DNA of 63,124 bases, the filler included, from Reclinomonas americana ATCC 50394 (taxonomy: Eukaryota): assembly GCA_048213135.1 (NCBI GenBank). It is 22 parts of 22 records of this genome, joined end to end, with 100 filler letters (N's around TTAATTAATTAA, not from the genome) between each part and the next. Parts side by side here need not be neighbours in the genome. Positions count along the whole stretch, not along the records: positions 1 to 5,405 come from AFZH01022592.1; positions 5,506 to 6,650 come from AFZH01022593.1; positions 6,751 to 9,747 come from AFZH01022594.1; positions 9,848 to 14,389 come from AFZH01022595.1; 18 more parts are not named here. The stretch is one strand, 5' to 3'. Positions 1 to 12,279 of the stretch are shown here, one piece after another. The translations under genes and the position numbers were made by a program. Within the stretch, counting starts at the first letter, position 1. Each line of letters starts with the position of its first letter. Under the pieces are notes generated by a model. It had not been told where the DNA came from, searched no databases, and was given only the letters and a program-made list of their open reading frames with translations.

Positions 1-3000
1 CCGACGATTTCTCCGCCTCCCCTCTTCGCAGTCGCCTCTCGTCTCCTTGTGACGCTGCTGTGCGTCATCATCCTGCTCGTCGGCGTCTCGCATGGTGAGT
101 CGCACGACGTGCGTGGATGCACTCGCGTGTTGTTGTTTTGTTGTGTGTGTGTGTGTGTGTGTGTAAATGGCGGACGGAGCCGCGCACCACCATGTCGCGC
201 CCGATCTTAAACTGTTTTCTGTGTGACCAGGTGTGCCCCTGCCGGTCAGGCAAATCTCCACCGGCTTCAAGGGGACGACCATTCCGCCGCCGGTGGGTTC
301 TGGCGTGACGTACTCGCAGGACGACCATTGGAGTGTCACTGTGAACGGCCAGACCACCAAGGCCTTCGTTAGCAACCCTTCGCTGTGCTACTCTGACGGC
401 TCGAGCACCATTTGCTGGGACTCTGCCTCTGCGGCCTCTGCGTGGGTGACTCCATGTGAGTGGTCGAGATCGGATTCTGTGCTCTCACTTCCCTTTCTCT
501 CTCGATCTCGCACTGTCTCTCTCTCTCTCTCTACCTCTCTCTACCTCTTTCCCTTTCTATCTCTCAATCTCGCACTCTATCTCTCTCCTGTCGGTCTCTG
601 TCTGTCTGCGTGTCTCTCTGTAAGTACCAGTCTTCCCGTCTGTCTCTCTGTGCTCCTTCTCTTTATCTTTCTCGATCTCTTCTTAACCATTCTCTCTTTC
701 CCCATCGATATCCCTTCGCCTCTCTTCGCACAGCCAGCAGCAGCACGGCTCCCTTTGCGTGGAACGACAAGACGTTGCAGTACACCACCAGCTTTGACAT
801 GACGGGGTACAATCAAGGCATAGCGATCCTGCAGATTCGATTGGAGGGAGATTCCGTTCCAGCCTCGACCACCGCCTTTGTGCAGCTGACGCCTGCCGGC
901 ACCTCTGATCTAATAACCGTGCCCTATCCCGCGTGGTCGCCCACCAACTCGTACTCGCTGTCAAGCCATTTGTGGGTGACGGTGAACGGATGGCTCCCCA
1001 AGGCCGGCAATGTGCTGTCAGTGAAAATCCGCAATGACACTTATGGCACCGGACTCCGAGTCGAGGCACAGTGTGAGTGATGCTGTGTATTCGTGGTGCC
1101 GCTATGACATTATGAATAATATCCTTGAGTTAATGCACAGTGCTCTGTAACGCCAACGCCTGCGCGGCGTCCTTGGCGTGCTGCGTTGGTCTATGCCAGG
1201 ACCTCCAACACGATGTCAACAACTGCGGCACGTGCAATAAAGTGTGCCCCGTTGCGTTGCTGCTGCTGTTCGTTGCCTGTGACAATCTCTCTCCTATGAC
1301 CATAATCTCATTCATCTCTGCCATACATTGCCCCCTTCCTTCCAACCCTTTTCTTCTTTTCATTTCCCCACAGAACCCTCAAGCATGCTGCCGAGGCGTG
1401 TGTACGGATCTGACTTCGAGTCTCGACAACTGCGGCGCGTGTGACAAATTTTGCGGACCGGCAGATGCCTGCTGCGCTAGTGTGTGCACCAGTGTGCTCA
1501 GCATGCAGACGGACCCCAAGAACTGCGGCAAATGCGGCTTTTTGTGCCCCACTGGCCAGTCGTGTTGCGCCGGCAAGTGTGTCAACCTCAGCAACAATCC
1601 ATTCAACTGCGGCACGTGCGGCAAGTCGTGTGCCGCCGGCCAGGACTGCTGCAACGGCGTGTGCTACACCATCAGCAACTACGCCACCGACGCCAAGAAC
1701 TGCGGCAAATGCGGCAACGTGTGCCCCACTGGCCAGTCGTGCTGCAACGGCGTCTGCACCAATCTCAGCAACAACGCCACCAACTGCGGCACCTGTGGCA
1801 AGACGTGCGCCGCCGGTCAGGTCTGCTGCAACGGCTTGTGCGTCTTCCCCAGCGCCTTTATGTTTGACAGCAAGAACTGCGGCTCTTGCGGCTTCGTGTG
1901 CCCCACTGGCCAGTCATGCTGCTTCGGCAAGTGTGTCTCCACGAGCAGCGATTCGAGCAACTGCGGCACCTGTGGCAAGACGTGCTCCACTGGCCAGGCG
2001 TGCTGCAACGGCATCTGCGTCAATCCCCAAAGCTTTGCCACCGACGCCAAGAATTGTGGCACGTGCGGACATGTGTGCCCGCTGTCGGCACCCAATTGCT
2101 GCAGCGGATCATGCGTGGCACCGACCAATGATCCGCTGAAATGCGGTCCGTGCGCCAATGTGCAGTGTCTTCCCGGTCGCGCCTGCTGCAGCGGCGTCTG
2201 TATCAATCTCAGCAACGACGCCAGTAACTGTGGTACGTGTGGAAAGCCGTGCGCCGCCGGTCAGGACTGCTGCAACGGTGTGTGCTACGCCATCAGCAAC
2301 TACGCCACCGACGTCAAGAACTGCGGCTCGTGCGGCAACGTGTGCCCCACTGGCCAGCCGTGCTGCGCCGGTAAGTGCGCCAACCTCAGCAACAATCCAT
2401 TCAACTGTGGCACGTGCGGCAAGTCGTGTGCCGCCGGCCAGGACTGCTGCAACGGTGTGTGCTACGCCATCAGCAAGTACGCCACCGACGCCAAGAACTG
2501 CGGCAAATGCGGCAACGTGTGCCCCACTGGCCAGTCGTGCTGCAACGGCGTCTGCACAAATCTCAGCAACAACGCCAACAACTGTGGCACCTGTGGCAAG
2601 ACGTGCGCCACCGGTCAAGTGTGCTGCAACGGATTGTGCGTCCTGCCCAGCAGTTTCACCAACGACAAGAACAATTGTGGCTCTTGCGGCTTTGTGTGCC
2701 CCGCCGCTGGCCAGTCGTGCTGCAACAGCAAGTGCGTCTTTGTGAGCAGCGATTCGAGCAACTGCGGCACCTGTGGCAAGACGTGCCCCACTGGCCAGTC
2801 GTGCTGCAACGGCGTCTGTGTCAATACCCAGAGCTTCGCCACGGACGCCAAGAATTGTGGCACGTGCGGACATGTGTGCCCGCTGACGGCACCCAATTGC
2901 TGCAGCGGATCGTGTGTGGCGCCGACCAATGATCCGCTGAAATGCGGTCCGTGCGCCAACGTGCAGTGTCTTCCCAATCTCAAATGCTGCACGGGAGTGT

Positions 3001-3017
3001 GCAAGTCCGCCTGCTGA
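1..3017 (+). CDS. Secreted Cys-rich protein: signal peptide, galactose-binding-like beta-sandwich, 19 STIG1-like repeats (5' incomplete, 5 exons)
   Basis: Phase-consistent exons <1-94 (LLVTLLCVIILLVGVSHG, hydrophobic), 231-455, 734-1072, 1141-1250 and 1374-3017, with GT..AG introns. Repeats D/N-x-x-NCGxCGxxCxxGQxCCxGxC. Confidence 0.8.
1190..3014 (+). repeat. Coding tandem repeat of 28/31-aa Cys-rich units with a higher-order 801-nt (9-unit) duplication
   Basis: The NDPLKCGPCANVQCLP unit (atccgctga) occurs at 2131 and 2932. Repeats 2-10 parallel repeats 11-19. Confidence 0.85.
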
Positions 3018-3194
3018 TGTGCACCACCCAGGTGACACCAGGCGCAAGCTGAGGATTGTGGAAGAGAAGAAGAAGCTCTGGTCTTGAAACAATATAACTG
3101 ACAAGGGTGGGGTAACGAGGGGCACAAACAGGCAGCTGAGGGGACAGCGATCAGGTACCTGACATACAACTCGTGCAGGGCATGGTTCATTGCG

Positions 3195-3779
3195 CTACCA
3201 CCAAAGCACGCGACGCTCAATCACCTCTGCATCCTCCAACACAAAACACCGCAGCACAACATCCACGAGAATCCAAGCACAGCCATCGTCCTCCTCGCCG
3301 ATCAGCAACTCGTTGACGGCCAGCATCGCCAGTCGTGCGGCCGCAACCGCTTGACTGGCGAGCCCACGCGACGTGGACCACACTCGGATCGTCCTGTCGG
3401 TACTCCCACTCACGATGCACAGGCCATCGGGAGTGACGGTGACAGAGTTCACAGCGTCCGCAGCTCCCTTCAATAGTCGCCGCTCCTCACCGTTCGCCAG
3501 CGACCACACTCGCACCGTTTCGACTTTACCGCCACTCACGATAAACTCTCCACCGGCAGAAACGGCCACCGACAGAACCGCGTCACTGTGTCCCTCCAAA
3601 CGCCGCACTTCAGCCCCACTCGCCAGCGACCACATTCGCACCGTCTTGTTATCACCTCTGCTCACAACGTGCTGACCATCTGGAGCGACGGCGACCGACA
3701 ACACCGTGTCCGTGTGGCCGCAGAAGCGACGCACTTCCTCGCCACTCGCCACACACCACACGCGTACACTCCGGTCCTG
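3195..3779 (-). pseudogene. WD40 array copy W1 (type B C-terminus), 5'-truncated
   Basis: About 3.3 WD40 repeats with damaged motifs (VSRGDNK, GGKVET), then the tail NELL..WILVDVVLRCFVLEDAEVIERR. The 5' end fuses directly into mid-spacer sequence (ctcgtctcatgcacgtactgtgagg). No MATK exon. Confidence 0.7.
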
Positions 3780-5227
3780 ACTCGTCTCATGCACGTACTG
3801 TGAGGCATGGAGTCACGCGCCATCGATGTTATGTTGCATGCATGCCAGTGGCGAGTCACTTGCCAGCACGCCTGTGTTCCGATCATACCCAGACAAAGTC
3901 AGTCAATCTCCCAGTCTCACCAACTTGCTCCCAACACGAGTGTAGAACACGCACGCACCATGTCTTGCTGGCCTCGCACGTGCCAGCTTTCCATGGCCAC
4001 CACCATCGTCACTCGGCAGAAACAGCAACAGCCAGAAAACGCGCATCATTGATCCGCTCCGACTTGCCAGCCGGTATTGATACCGATCCACCGACCACGC
4101 CACCATGTCGCACATCACGGTACGCATGTGTACACCAACCACGCCACGCTCTCCATGACCTGCACGACCTGCATGAATGAGATGAGTGGGAGGGAGGGAG
4201 GAAAGAAAGATCACGCCGAACATGTCCACACACCTGCTGAGTGCGCGGTGGGATGCGAATGGGGAGCCGTGTGAATGAAGTGACAGCCGGCAACGGGAGA
4301 TGCACAGCACGTCTGTCATCGTCACGGCCGACGGCAAGCACGGGCTTCCAAGGTGTCTGCATGCCAGTGTACTGTGAGCATAGGAATGGAGGAAAGAGAG
4401 ACATCTGCTCTGTCTCACGTGACGAACACACCGATCAGCATCTGATAGTTGGTCAGGAGGCAAGCCGAGGGACGGTTCTGCACGCACAACCATCCTTCAA
4501 AGGAGACAGAGAGAGCATTATCAGCCTGCAGGCAGTATACATCCTTCGGTGTCGGGATGCTCACCATGATGGACGGCCCAACACGATGGTAGCATGGCAA
4601 TCGGTGCATCATGAGAAGGCCAGCATCCTCGGCATCGAACGTGTGTGGGAAGGATGGGGTGGATGACTGGGGAGGCAAATGAGCGCACAAAGGAGGGAGA
4701 CGGTGGAGAAAGAGAGACTCTACAAGGGACATGAAAGAGGGAGAGCGGATTGACATGCATTCTTCAGGGCGGAAGGAGAATGTCCACGGCGCACATGCAC
4801 GATGAGAGGAAGAAAAATGGCACCAAGAAGGTGAATCAAGACGCGAGAAAACAATCATCGTATCTCGCTCACTGAGGCACTCACATGGGCGACGAAAGAT
4901 GCACGCACAACAGACATCAAAAAAGACGAAAAAGACGCAAGAGATACCCAAGTGATTTATCGCGCTGGCACACACAAACTGAGGTGAGAAGGAAACAAGC
5001 ACACACACACACACAGAGAGACATGCTTCACGACCTCTCGCTCACATTTACGTGACAAGAAAAAACCGACGGGAGAGCTCCTCGTAAACAACAATCTCTG
5101 CCTTCCTCTGTCATCCTCTCTTCCCCCACCTGCATCCCGCATGATTCACCCACTCTCCCTCGCAAGACACGAAAAACAACTCACAATCACCAGTAGCCAC
5201 CGCTCTCCCTCCCTCCGACTCACCAAC
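3780..5227. repeat. Spacer S1 copy 1 (partial)
   Basis: Shares blocks with the other S1 copies, e.g. gtcacttgccagcacgcctgtg, acaccgatcagca, gggatgcgaatggggagccg. Confidence 0.85.
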
Positions 5228-5641
5228 TCAGCACTGGAAAAGGACGACCTCGGCATCCTCGACGATGAAACAGCGCAGAACCAGCTCGGGAAGGCATCGT
5301 GAATCTTCTTCATCCTCCTGCATCTCCTGCACAGCCCGCATGGCCGAGCGCGCGGCGTCGAGTTCGAGGCCAGCAAGGCCACGCGGCGTGGACCACACTC
5401 GCACCNNNNNNNNNNNNNNNNNNNNNNNNNNNNNNNNNNNNNNNNNNNNTTAATTAATTAANNNNNNNNNNNNNNNNNNNNNNNNNNNNNNNNNNNNNNN
5501 NNNNNTGCCGACCACCCGCGGTGAGGCGCACGTGCACACACATCAACACAAACAACAACCGCACACACACGCACGAGCACACCAATGAACGCGCAGACAT
5601 CAACCCCGCGAATGCGCAGACATTCTCACCTTTGTTGTCAT
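5228..5641 (-). CDS. WD40 array copy W2 (type A); middle lost in gap
   Basis: Tail VWSTPRGLAGLELDAARSAMRAVQEMQEDEEDSRCLPELVLRCFIVEDAEVVLFQC* at 5228-5405. MTTK exon 5630-5641 with GT donor beyond the gap. The join across the gap is assumed. Confidence 0.7.
5406..5505. other. Artificial scaffold linker N44-TTAATTAATTAA-N44 (first of 21)
   Basis: Identical 100-nt blocks at 5406, 6651, 9748, 14390, 17143, 18847, 22582, 24415, 26008, 27125, 28628, 30197, 31852, 33211, 34775, 37666, 44624, 47306, 53246, 59996 and 61697. Confidence 0.98.
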
Positions 5642-6650
5642 TCTCCGTGAGCGTGCGCGTGAGTGAGTGATTTGCTCGCTCAGAATTGTCACCGTTTCCC
5701 GCCTTGCTCCGAGACGTCGTCCATCCCTCGCCAGGCTGCAACCAGCACCCCACACAGCATGCGGTAGTGTGTGAACGATGTGGCTTCGTTGATGCGTGTG
5801 AGCTTTCGAAGACCGACATGGGACTCGTCGATATGGGCAGAATGGACATGCTGGTGGTGGTGGCACAAGGTGGCGCTCCACTGCACCGTGCATGTCCAGC
5901 GACACTCTCTTTCAACTGCCCTGCATTCTCTCTCAACGAGGATTGGAGTGTCGGGCTGCTTGGATACGCAGTTGTGGCCCTGGTGTGCTGATGCCACAGC
6001 ACAGCACACTCGAGAATCCAATGAGCAAGCCAGCGACACCTCACACCTCGGATCGGCCCACAGCGAAGTTGAGGTGCGACAATGAAGAAAAAGAGCCACA
6101 AGAGAGAGGAGAGGAGTGACCAGTACAGCAGCACAGCGGTGGAAGAGGCTGCGTCATGAGACTTGCCTCCCCTTCACCCAACTCACAATCAATGCCTCGT
6201 GCCTTCAATCACACACACAGTCGGTCGGTGAACCGCTTCATGCATGTACTGTGAGGCACGGAACCACGTGTCTTCGCATGCCAGTCACTTGCCAGCACGC
6301 CTGTGTTCATGGCACACACCGAACTGAGTCAGCTGCAGTCTATCTCCGAGTTTCATCAACTTGCTCCTCAGTGCAGATACAGAATGTGCACGCACCATGA
6401 GTTGCTGGCCGAGCATGCGTCTAAAGTCACCCATGGTCACCACCATCGGTACTCGACAGAGACGGCGGCAACCAACGTGCGCACATCATCGATCTGCTCC
6501 GACTTGCCAGCCGGGATTGAAAACGATCAACCGACCAGGCACATCACGACACGCATGTGTACACCCACACAGCCACGCCCTCCATGGCATGGACGGCCTG
6601 CATGAATGAAGTGAGTGGGAGGGAAAGAGGAAAGAAAGATCACGTGCACG
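5642..6650. repeat. Spacer S1 copy 2 (partial, ends at gap)
   Basis: Starts gatttgctcgctc..ttgtcaccgtttcccgcc like the other copies. Confidence 0.85.
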
Positions 6651-6750
6651 NNNNNNNNNNNNNNNNNNNNNNNNNNNNNNNNNNNNNNNNNNNNTTAATT
6701 AATTAANNNNNNNNNNNNNNNNNNNNNNNNNNNNNNNNNNNNNNNNNNNN

Positions 6751-7113
6751 AACCACACACGTAGGGTGTTGTCTCCACCTCCACTCACGATGTGCTGACC
6801 ATCAGGGGTGACGGCAACAGACTGCAACCATGCAGTGTGTCCCTCCAGCCGTCGCACTTCTTCCCCACTCGCCAGTGACCACACTCGCACGGTACTGTTC
6901 AAGCAACCACCGACAGTGTGCTTGCCGTCGGGAGTGACAGCGACGGACCGCACTGCAGCGGATCCGGAACTCTGAATGATCTGTGCCGATCACTCGCAGT
7001 GAGACGCACATGCACAAACACTCAAACAGCAACCGCACACAAGCACAAGCACACGAATGCATGCACAGACACCGACCACGCAAAAGTGCGCACACATTCA
7101 CCTTTGTTGCCAT
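6751..7113 (-). CDS. WD40 array copy W3 (5' part only)
   Basis: Exon 1 7102-7113 MATK. Intron 6981-7101 GT..AG. Exon 2 IIQSSGSAAVRSVAVTPDGKH... runs into the gap. Confidence 0.8.
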
Positions 7114-8388
7114 TCTCCGCGTGTGTGTGTGTGATTTGCTCGCTCGGGATTGTCACCGTTTCCCGCCTTTCTTCTCCCGCCTTGCTCTGAGGCGTCTTAC
7201 ATCCCTCGCCAGGCTGCAGCCAGCACCCCACACAGCATGCGGTAGTGTGAACGATGTGGCTTCTTTGATGCGTGTGGGCTTTCGAAGACCGACATGGGAC
7301 TCGTCGATGAGAAATCGGCAGAATGGACAAGCAGGGTGGTGGTGGCACAAGGTGGCGCTCCACCGCACCGTGCTTGTCCAGCAACACTCTCTTTCTACTG
7401 ACCTGCATTATCTCTCAACGAGGACTGGCATGTCGGGCTGCTTGGATACGCAGCTGTGGCCCTGCACCCGAGAATCCACTGAGCATCGAGTCAACGACAC
7501 CTCACCTCCTTGGATCGGCCCACAGCGAGGTTGATGATGGTACGACGAAGAAGGAGAGTCACAGGGGACAGGAGAGGAGCGACCAGTACAGTAGCACGTG
7601 CACATCGATGGAACAGGCAGCTGCGTCGTGAGGCTCGCCTCCTCTCACCCAACTCACAATCAATGCCTCCAATCACACTCACAGTCGGTCGGTGCATTGT
7701 CTCATGCATGCACTGTGTGGCACGGAACTACATGTCTTCGCATGCCAGTGACGAGTCACTTGCCAGCACGCCTGCCGCACAGAATTGAGTTAGTCAATCT
7801 CCAAGTCTCACCAACTTGCTCCTCAACGCAGATGCAGAACACGTACGCACCAGGCCACGCGCGCGCGCATCTGCAGTCTCCCATGGCCACCAGCATCATC
7901 ACTCGACAGAGACGGCGGCAGCCAAGGTGCGCACATCATCGACCCGCTCCGACATGCCAGCCGGGATTGAAAACGATCCACCGACAGGCCATCCATCGCA
8001 CATCACGGCACGCGCGCATGTGTACATCCACCCACCCATGTCCTCCATGGCATGCACGGCCTGCATGAATGAGGTAAGTGGGAGGGAAGGAGGAAAGAGA
8101 GATCACGACAAACAGGGCCACACAACTGCTGAGTGCATGGTGGGATGCGAGTGGGGAGCCGAGTGAGTGAGGTGACGGTCGACAACGGGCAATGCACATC
8201 ACGTTTGTCATCATCGACATAACAATGAGGGGGACCTGCCCCTAAGGTGCCTGCATGTCGGTACACTGTGAGCAAAGAATGGAGGAAGAGGAGCTCTTGT
8301 CTCACTGACAAACACACCGATCAGCACCTGATGCCAACACGCATTGGTCAAGAGGCAAGCGAGGAACGTTTCTGCATCCAGACGTCCA

Positions 8389-8420
<32 letters not shown>

Positions 8421-9146
8421 CAGAGTCAGTATGTAGTCATGCCACCTCACACACTTCTATGTTGGGATGCTCACCGCGATAGACGGCCCAAAACGATGGC
8501 GCCGGCTGAATCGCAGCCGGCGCATCTTGAGCAGATACTCGGATCGAGCTTGTGCGGGAGGGATGGGGTGGATGGCTGGGGAATCAGATGAGCACACATA
8601 GGAGGAAGACGGTGGGGAAAGAGAGAGAGAGACTCTACAAGGGACAGAGAAGGAGGGCTCGAGAGCGGAATGACAGGCATCCTGCAGATCTAGAGCCGGA
8701 AGGAGAATGTGCACGGCGCACAGGCACAATGAGAGGAAGAAAAATGGCGCCAAGAAGGCGAATCAAGAAGCGAAGAAACAAACATCGTTGACTCGCTCTC
8801 CTGAGGCGCATACATGCACGACTAAAGATGCACGCACAACAAATATCACAAAGAGAGGGAAAAGAGCAAGAGACTCCCAAGTGATCCGTCGAGCTTGTAC
8901 ACAAAATAGAGGTGAGAAAGAGACACGCACACAGAGGGAGACATGCTTCACGCCCGCACAATCACATTCACGTGACAGGAAAAACCGACGGAAGAGCTCT
9001 TCGTAAACAACAACCTCTGCCTTCCTCTGTCATCTCTCTTTCCCCACCTGCATCCCGCATGATCACCCACTCTACCTCGCACGCGTACGACACGAAACAA
9101 ACTCACAATCACCAGCAGCCACCTTCTCTCCCTTCGACTCACCAAC
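7114..9146. repeat. Spacer S1 copy 3 (complete, ~2.0 kb)
   Basis: Colinear with 12280-14259 and 14856-17045, with many indels. Confidence 0.9.
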
Positions 9147-10034
9147 TCAGCACCGGAAAAGGACGACCTCGGCATCCTCGACGATGAAGCAGCGCAGAGC
9201 CAGCACTGGAAGACATCTTGAATCTTCTTCTTCCTCCTGCATCTCCTGCACAGCTCGCATGGCCGCGCGCGCGGCGTCGAGTTCGAAGCCAGCAAGGCCA
9301 CGCGGCGTGGACCACACTCGCACGGTCTTGTCCTTGCCACCCGCACTCACAATGTGCAGACCATCGGGAGAGACGGCAACAGACGACACCCATCCGTCAT
9401 GTCCCACCAACAGTCGCACTTCCTCGCCACTCGCCAGAGACCACATCCGCACTGTGCTGTCCTTGCTCCCACTCACGATATGTTGGCCGTCGGGAGTGAC
9501 GGTGACAGACGATACCCAGTCAGTGTGTCCCTCCAGTCGGCGAACCTCTTCTCCACTTGCCAGCAACCATACCCGCAATGTGTTGTCTCCACCGCCACTC
9601 ACGATGTGCTGACCATCAGGGGTGACTGTCACACAAAGCACCCATGCAGTGTGTCCTTCTAATATTAATCGTCCCACTTCTTCCCCACTCGGCAGTGACC
9701 ATACTCGCACGGTGGTGTCTCCACCGCCACTCACAATGTGCTGACTANNNNNNNNNNNNNNNNNNNNNNNNNNNNNNNNNNNNNNNNNNNNTTAATTAAT
9801 TAANNNNNNNNNNNNNNNNNNNNNNNNNNNNNNNNNNNNNNNNNNNNGTCGGGAGTGACGGCGATGGACCTCACCACATCGAGACTCTGAATGATCTGTG
9901 CCGATCATTCGCGGTGAGACGCACACGCAGCAGCGACATTCGAAGACACGCACACACAAGCACACACACACACGAATGCACGCACAGACACCAACCACGC
10001 AAAAGTGCGCACACATTCACACCTTTGTTGTCAT
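9147..10034 (-). CDS. WD40 array copy W4 (type A), internal gap
   Basis: Exon 1 10023-10034 MTTK. Exon 2 from 9895 IIQSLDVVRSIAVTPD. ORF 9147-9734 has WD40 repeats and the tail ...RCFIVEDAEVVLFRC*. Confidence 0.8.
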
Positions 10035-10103
10035 TCTCCGTGTGTGTGTGTGTGTGAGAGAGAGAGTGCGTGAGAGAGAGAGAGTGCGTGCGTGCGTGCG
10101 TGC

Positions 10104-10138
<35 letters not shown>

Positions 10139-10299
10139 AAGCACTCTGATTCATCGGACGGAGCATCAACATCAACTCTCGCGCGTGCGCGTGCGCCTCG
10201 TGGTGCCGTCTGTGTCTCAGTGCCCCCTGTCTCTCTGCGTCCTCGTCGCGGTGCTCCCTTCTCAACCAGCAATGTGAGCGAGATATTGCGGCATTGAAT

Positions 10300-10946
10300 G
10301 TGTATGCATGCATGCCGAGCCAACTCGACACGCCATGAGCATCAACTCCCTCCGAGCCACGCGTGTGAGTCGGGTGGAGAGGCAACACCACACGATTCTG
10401 AAAGAGAGCGAAGAAGCAGAGAAACTCGCGAGTGGGGTGCGTCACACCAGTTGTCAGGGCACACACGCACGCGTGGGAAACGAGTGCGCAGGGCAAGTGC
10501 ACTCCCTCCCTCCCCGTGGCGTGGGGTGATCATGAGAAGGGTGGCCGTCTGAATCGATGCCTGACGCGCTCTCCGTGTTCACGCGGTGCCAGTGTGAGAG
10601 AGGGGAGGTGGGCGAAGATGCCACTTCAAAAAGCTGCAGGCTGGCATCTCCACTGCGTTCGAATGACAGGGCGAGATGAGGGGTGGGTGGGTGAGAGAGC
10701 GACGACTCGCCCAACGCCGAGCAGAACGCGTGTCTATTCATCCATGGCCTCACCTCAACCACCCACACACACCTCGCACTCGGGATTCTCTTGTTGCGAT
10801 TCCACTGCACTGTGCAGTGCCTGCTTTCCGGCTGCCTCCACTTGGCAAGGCAACGGAGAAGCACCTTGGCACGTATGAGGCAGTGCGGCAGCCAACGTGA
10901 GACAGTTGCACACAGACAGCCATCAGTCTTCGTACATTAATTGAGC
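10300..10946. repeat. Spacer S2 copy 1 (3' flank of type B genes)
   Basis: Homologous to 22682-23324 (gccatgagcatcaactc, gggcaagtgcactccctccc, acacctcgcactcgggattctc). Confidence 0.85.
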
Positions 10947-12118
10947 TCACTCCGACCAGCACCATCCAGGCGAACGATGTTCAATCACCTCTGCATCCTC
11001 CAACACGAAACACCGCAGCACAACATCGACGAGGATCCAGTCATAGACATCGACCAGGATCCAGTCATAGTCCCCATGGTCATCATCTTCAGCAAGCAGC
11101 TCGTTGACGGCCAGCACGGCTGATTGCGCGGCCGCAACCTCTTGACGGGCAAGCCCACGCGGCGTGGACCACACTCGGATCGTTTTATCCTGACTGCCAC
11201 TCACGATGTGCTGGCCATCGGGAGTGACGGCAACAGACCATACCGCGTCAGAGTGCCCTTCCAACCGTCGCACTTGTTGCCCACTCACCAACGACCACAC
11301 CCGCACCGTATTGTCCACTCCACCACTCAAAACGTGCTGGCCGTCGGGAGTGACGGCAACAGACAGCACCACACCGGTGTGCCCTTCCAACCTCTGTGCT
11401 ACCTCTCCAGTCGCAAGCGACCACATTCGTAACGTATGGTCATCGCCCCCGCTCACAACGTGCTGACCGTCGGGAGAGACGGCGACGGACCACACTTCAG
11501 CGTGCCCTTCCAGCCGCCGTACTTCCTTTCCGCTCGCGACAGACCACACTCGTACAGTGCTGTCCCAGCTGCCACTGACAATGTGGTGACCGTCCGGCGT
11601 GATGGCGACGGAGAGCACCACGCGGGAGTGACCCTCCAACCGTCGTAGTTGTTTCCCATTCGCCAGTGACCACACCCGCACGGTATGATCTCCACCCCCA
11701 CTCACAACGTGCAGACCATCGAGAGTGGCAGCGACAGACATCACCCAGTCGAAGTGTCCCTTCAACCGTCGCACTTCCTTTAAATTTCCACTCGCCAGTG
11801 ACCACACTCTCACTGTGTCATCCATACCGCCAGTCACAACGCGCTGGCCGTCAGGAGTGACAGTGACAGACATCACATTTGTAGTGTGTCCTTCCAACCG
11901 TCGCACCTCTTCGCCACTCGCCAGCGACCACACACGTACCGACCTGTCATGGCCGCCGCTCACGATAAACTGACCGTCGGGAGTGACAGCGACACATCGC
12001 ACCGCGTCTGTGTGGCCCCGCAAGACCTGTGTCACACGATGAGAAGCACGCGTATAGAGAGAGAAACAGTCAAACACACGAATCCCTCACACACATGTGA
12101 GCGCACCTTGGTTGCCAT
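10947..12118 (-). CDS. WD40 array copy W5 (type B), complete 7-blade propeller
   Basis: Exon 1 12107-12118 MATK. Intron 12027-12106. Exon 2 VLRGHTDAVRC... has 7 WD40 repeats and a tail with a 24-nt duplication (YDWILVDV x2). Confidence 0.9.
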
Positions 12119-12279
12119 TGGAAACGAGGAAGGATAAATGACTCTGCAGTCCTCTCTTGATAGGTTCGCTTCTGTTGACTTCTTCTCTTCGAAGAGCAAG
12201 CCAATTGGTCGGTACTCTTCTGTGGTGGTCACGAAGAATCTGTTCTTTCTCGTGCGCGCGTGTGTGCGTGGTTGCGTGT

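Noticed and set aside
1251..1373. Hydrophobic stretch in ORF 1140-3017 as a transmembrane segment
   Set aside because: Better explained as an in-frame 123-nt intron (GTTGCG..CCCACAG) interrupting a Cys repeat.
3777..3794. MHETSQ as the real start of W1
   Set aside because: The ATG lies in spacer-derived sequence at a deletion junction. Intact copies start with the MATK/MTTK exon.
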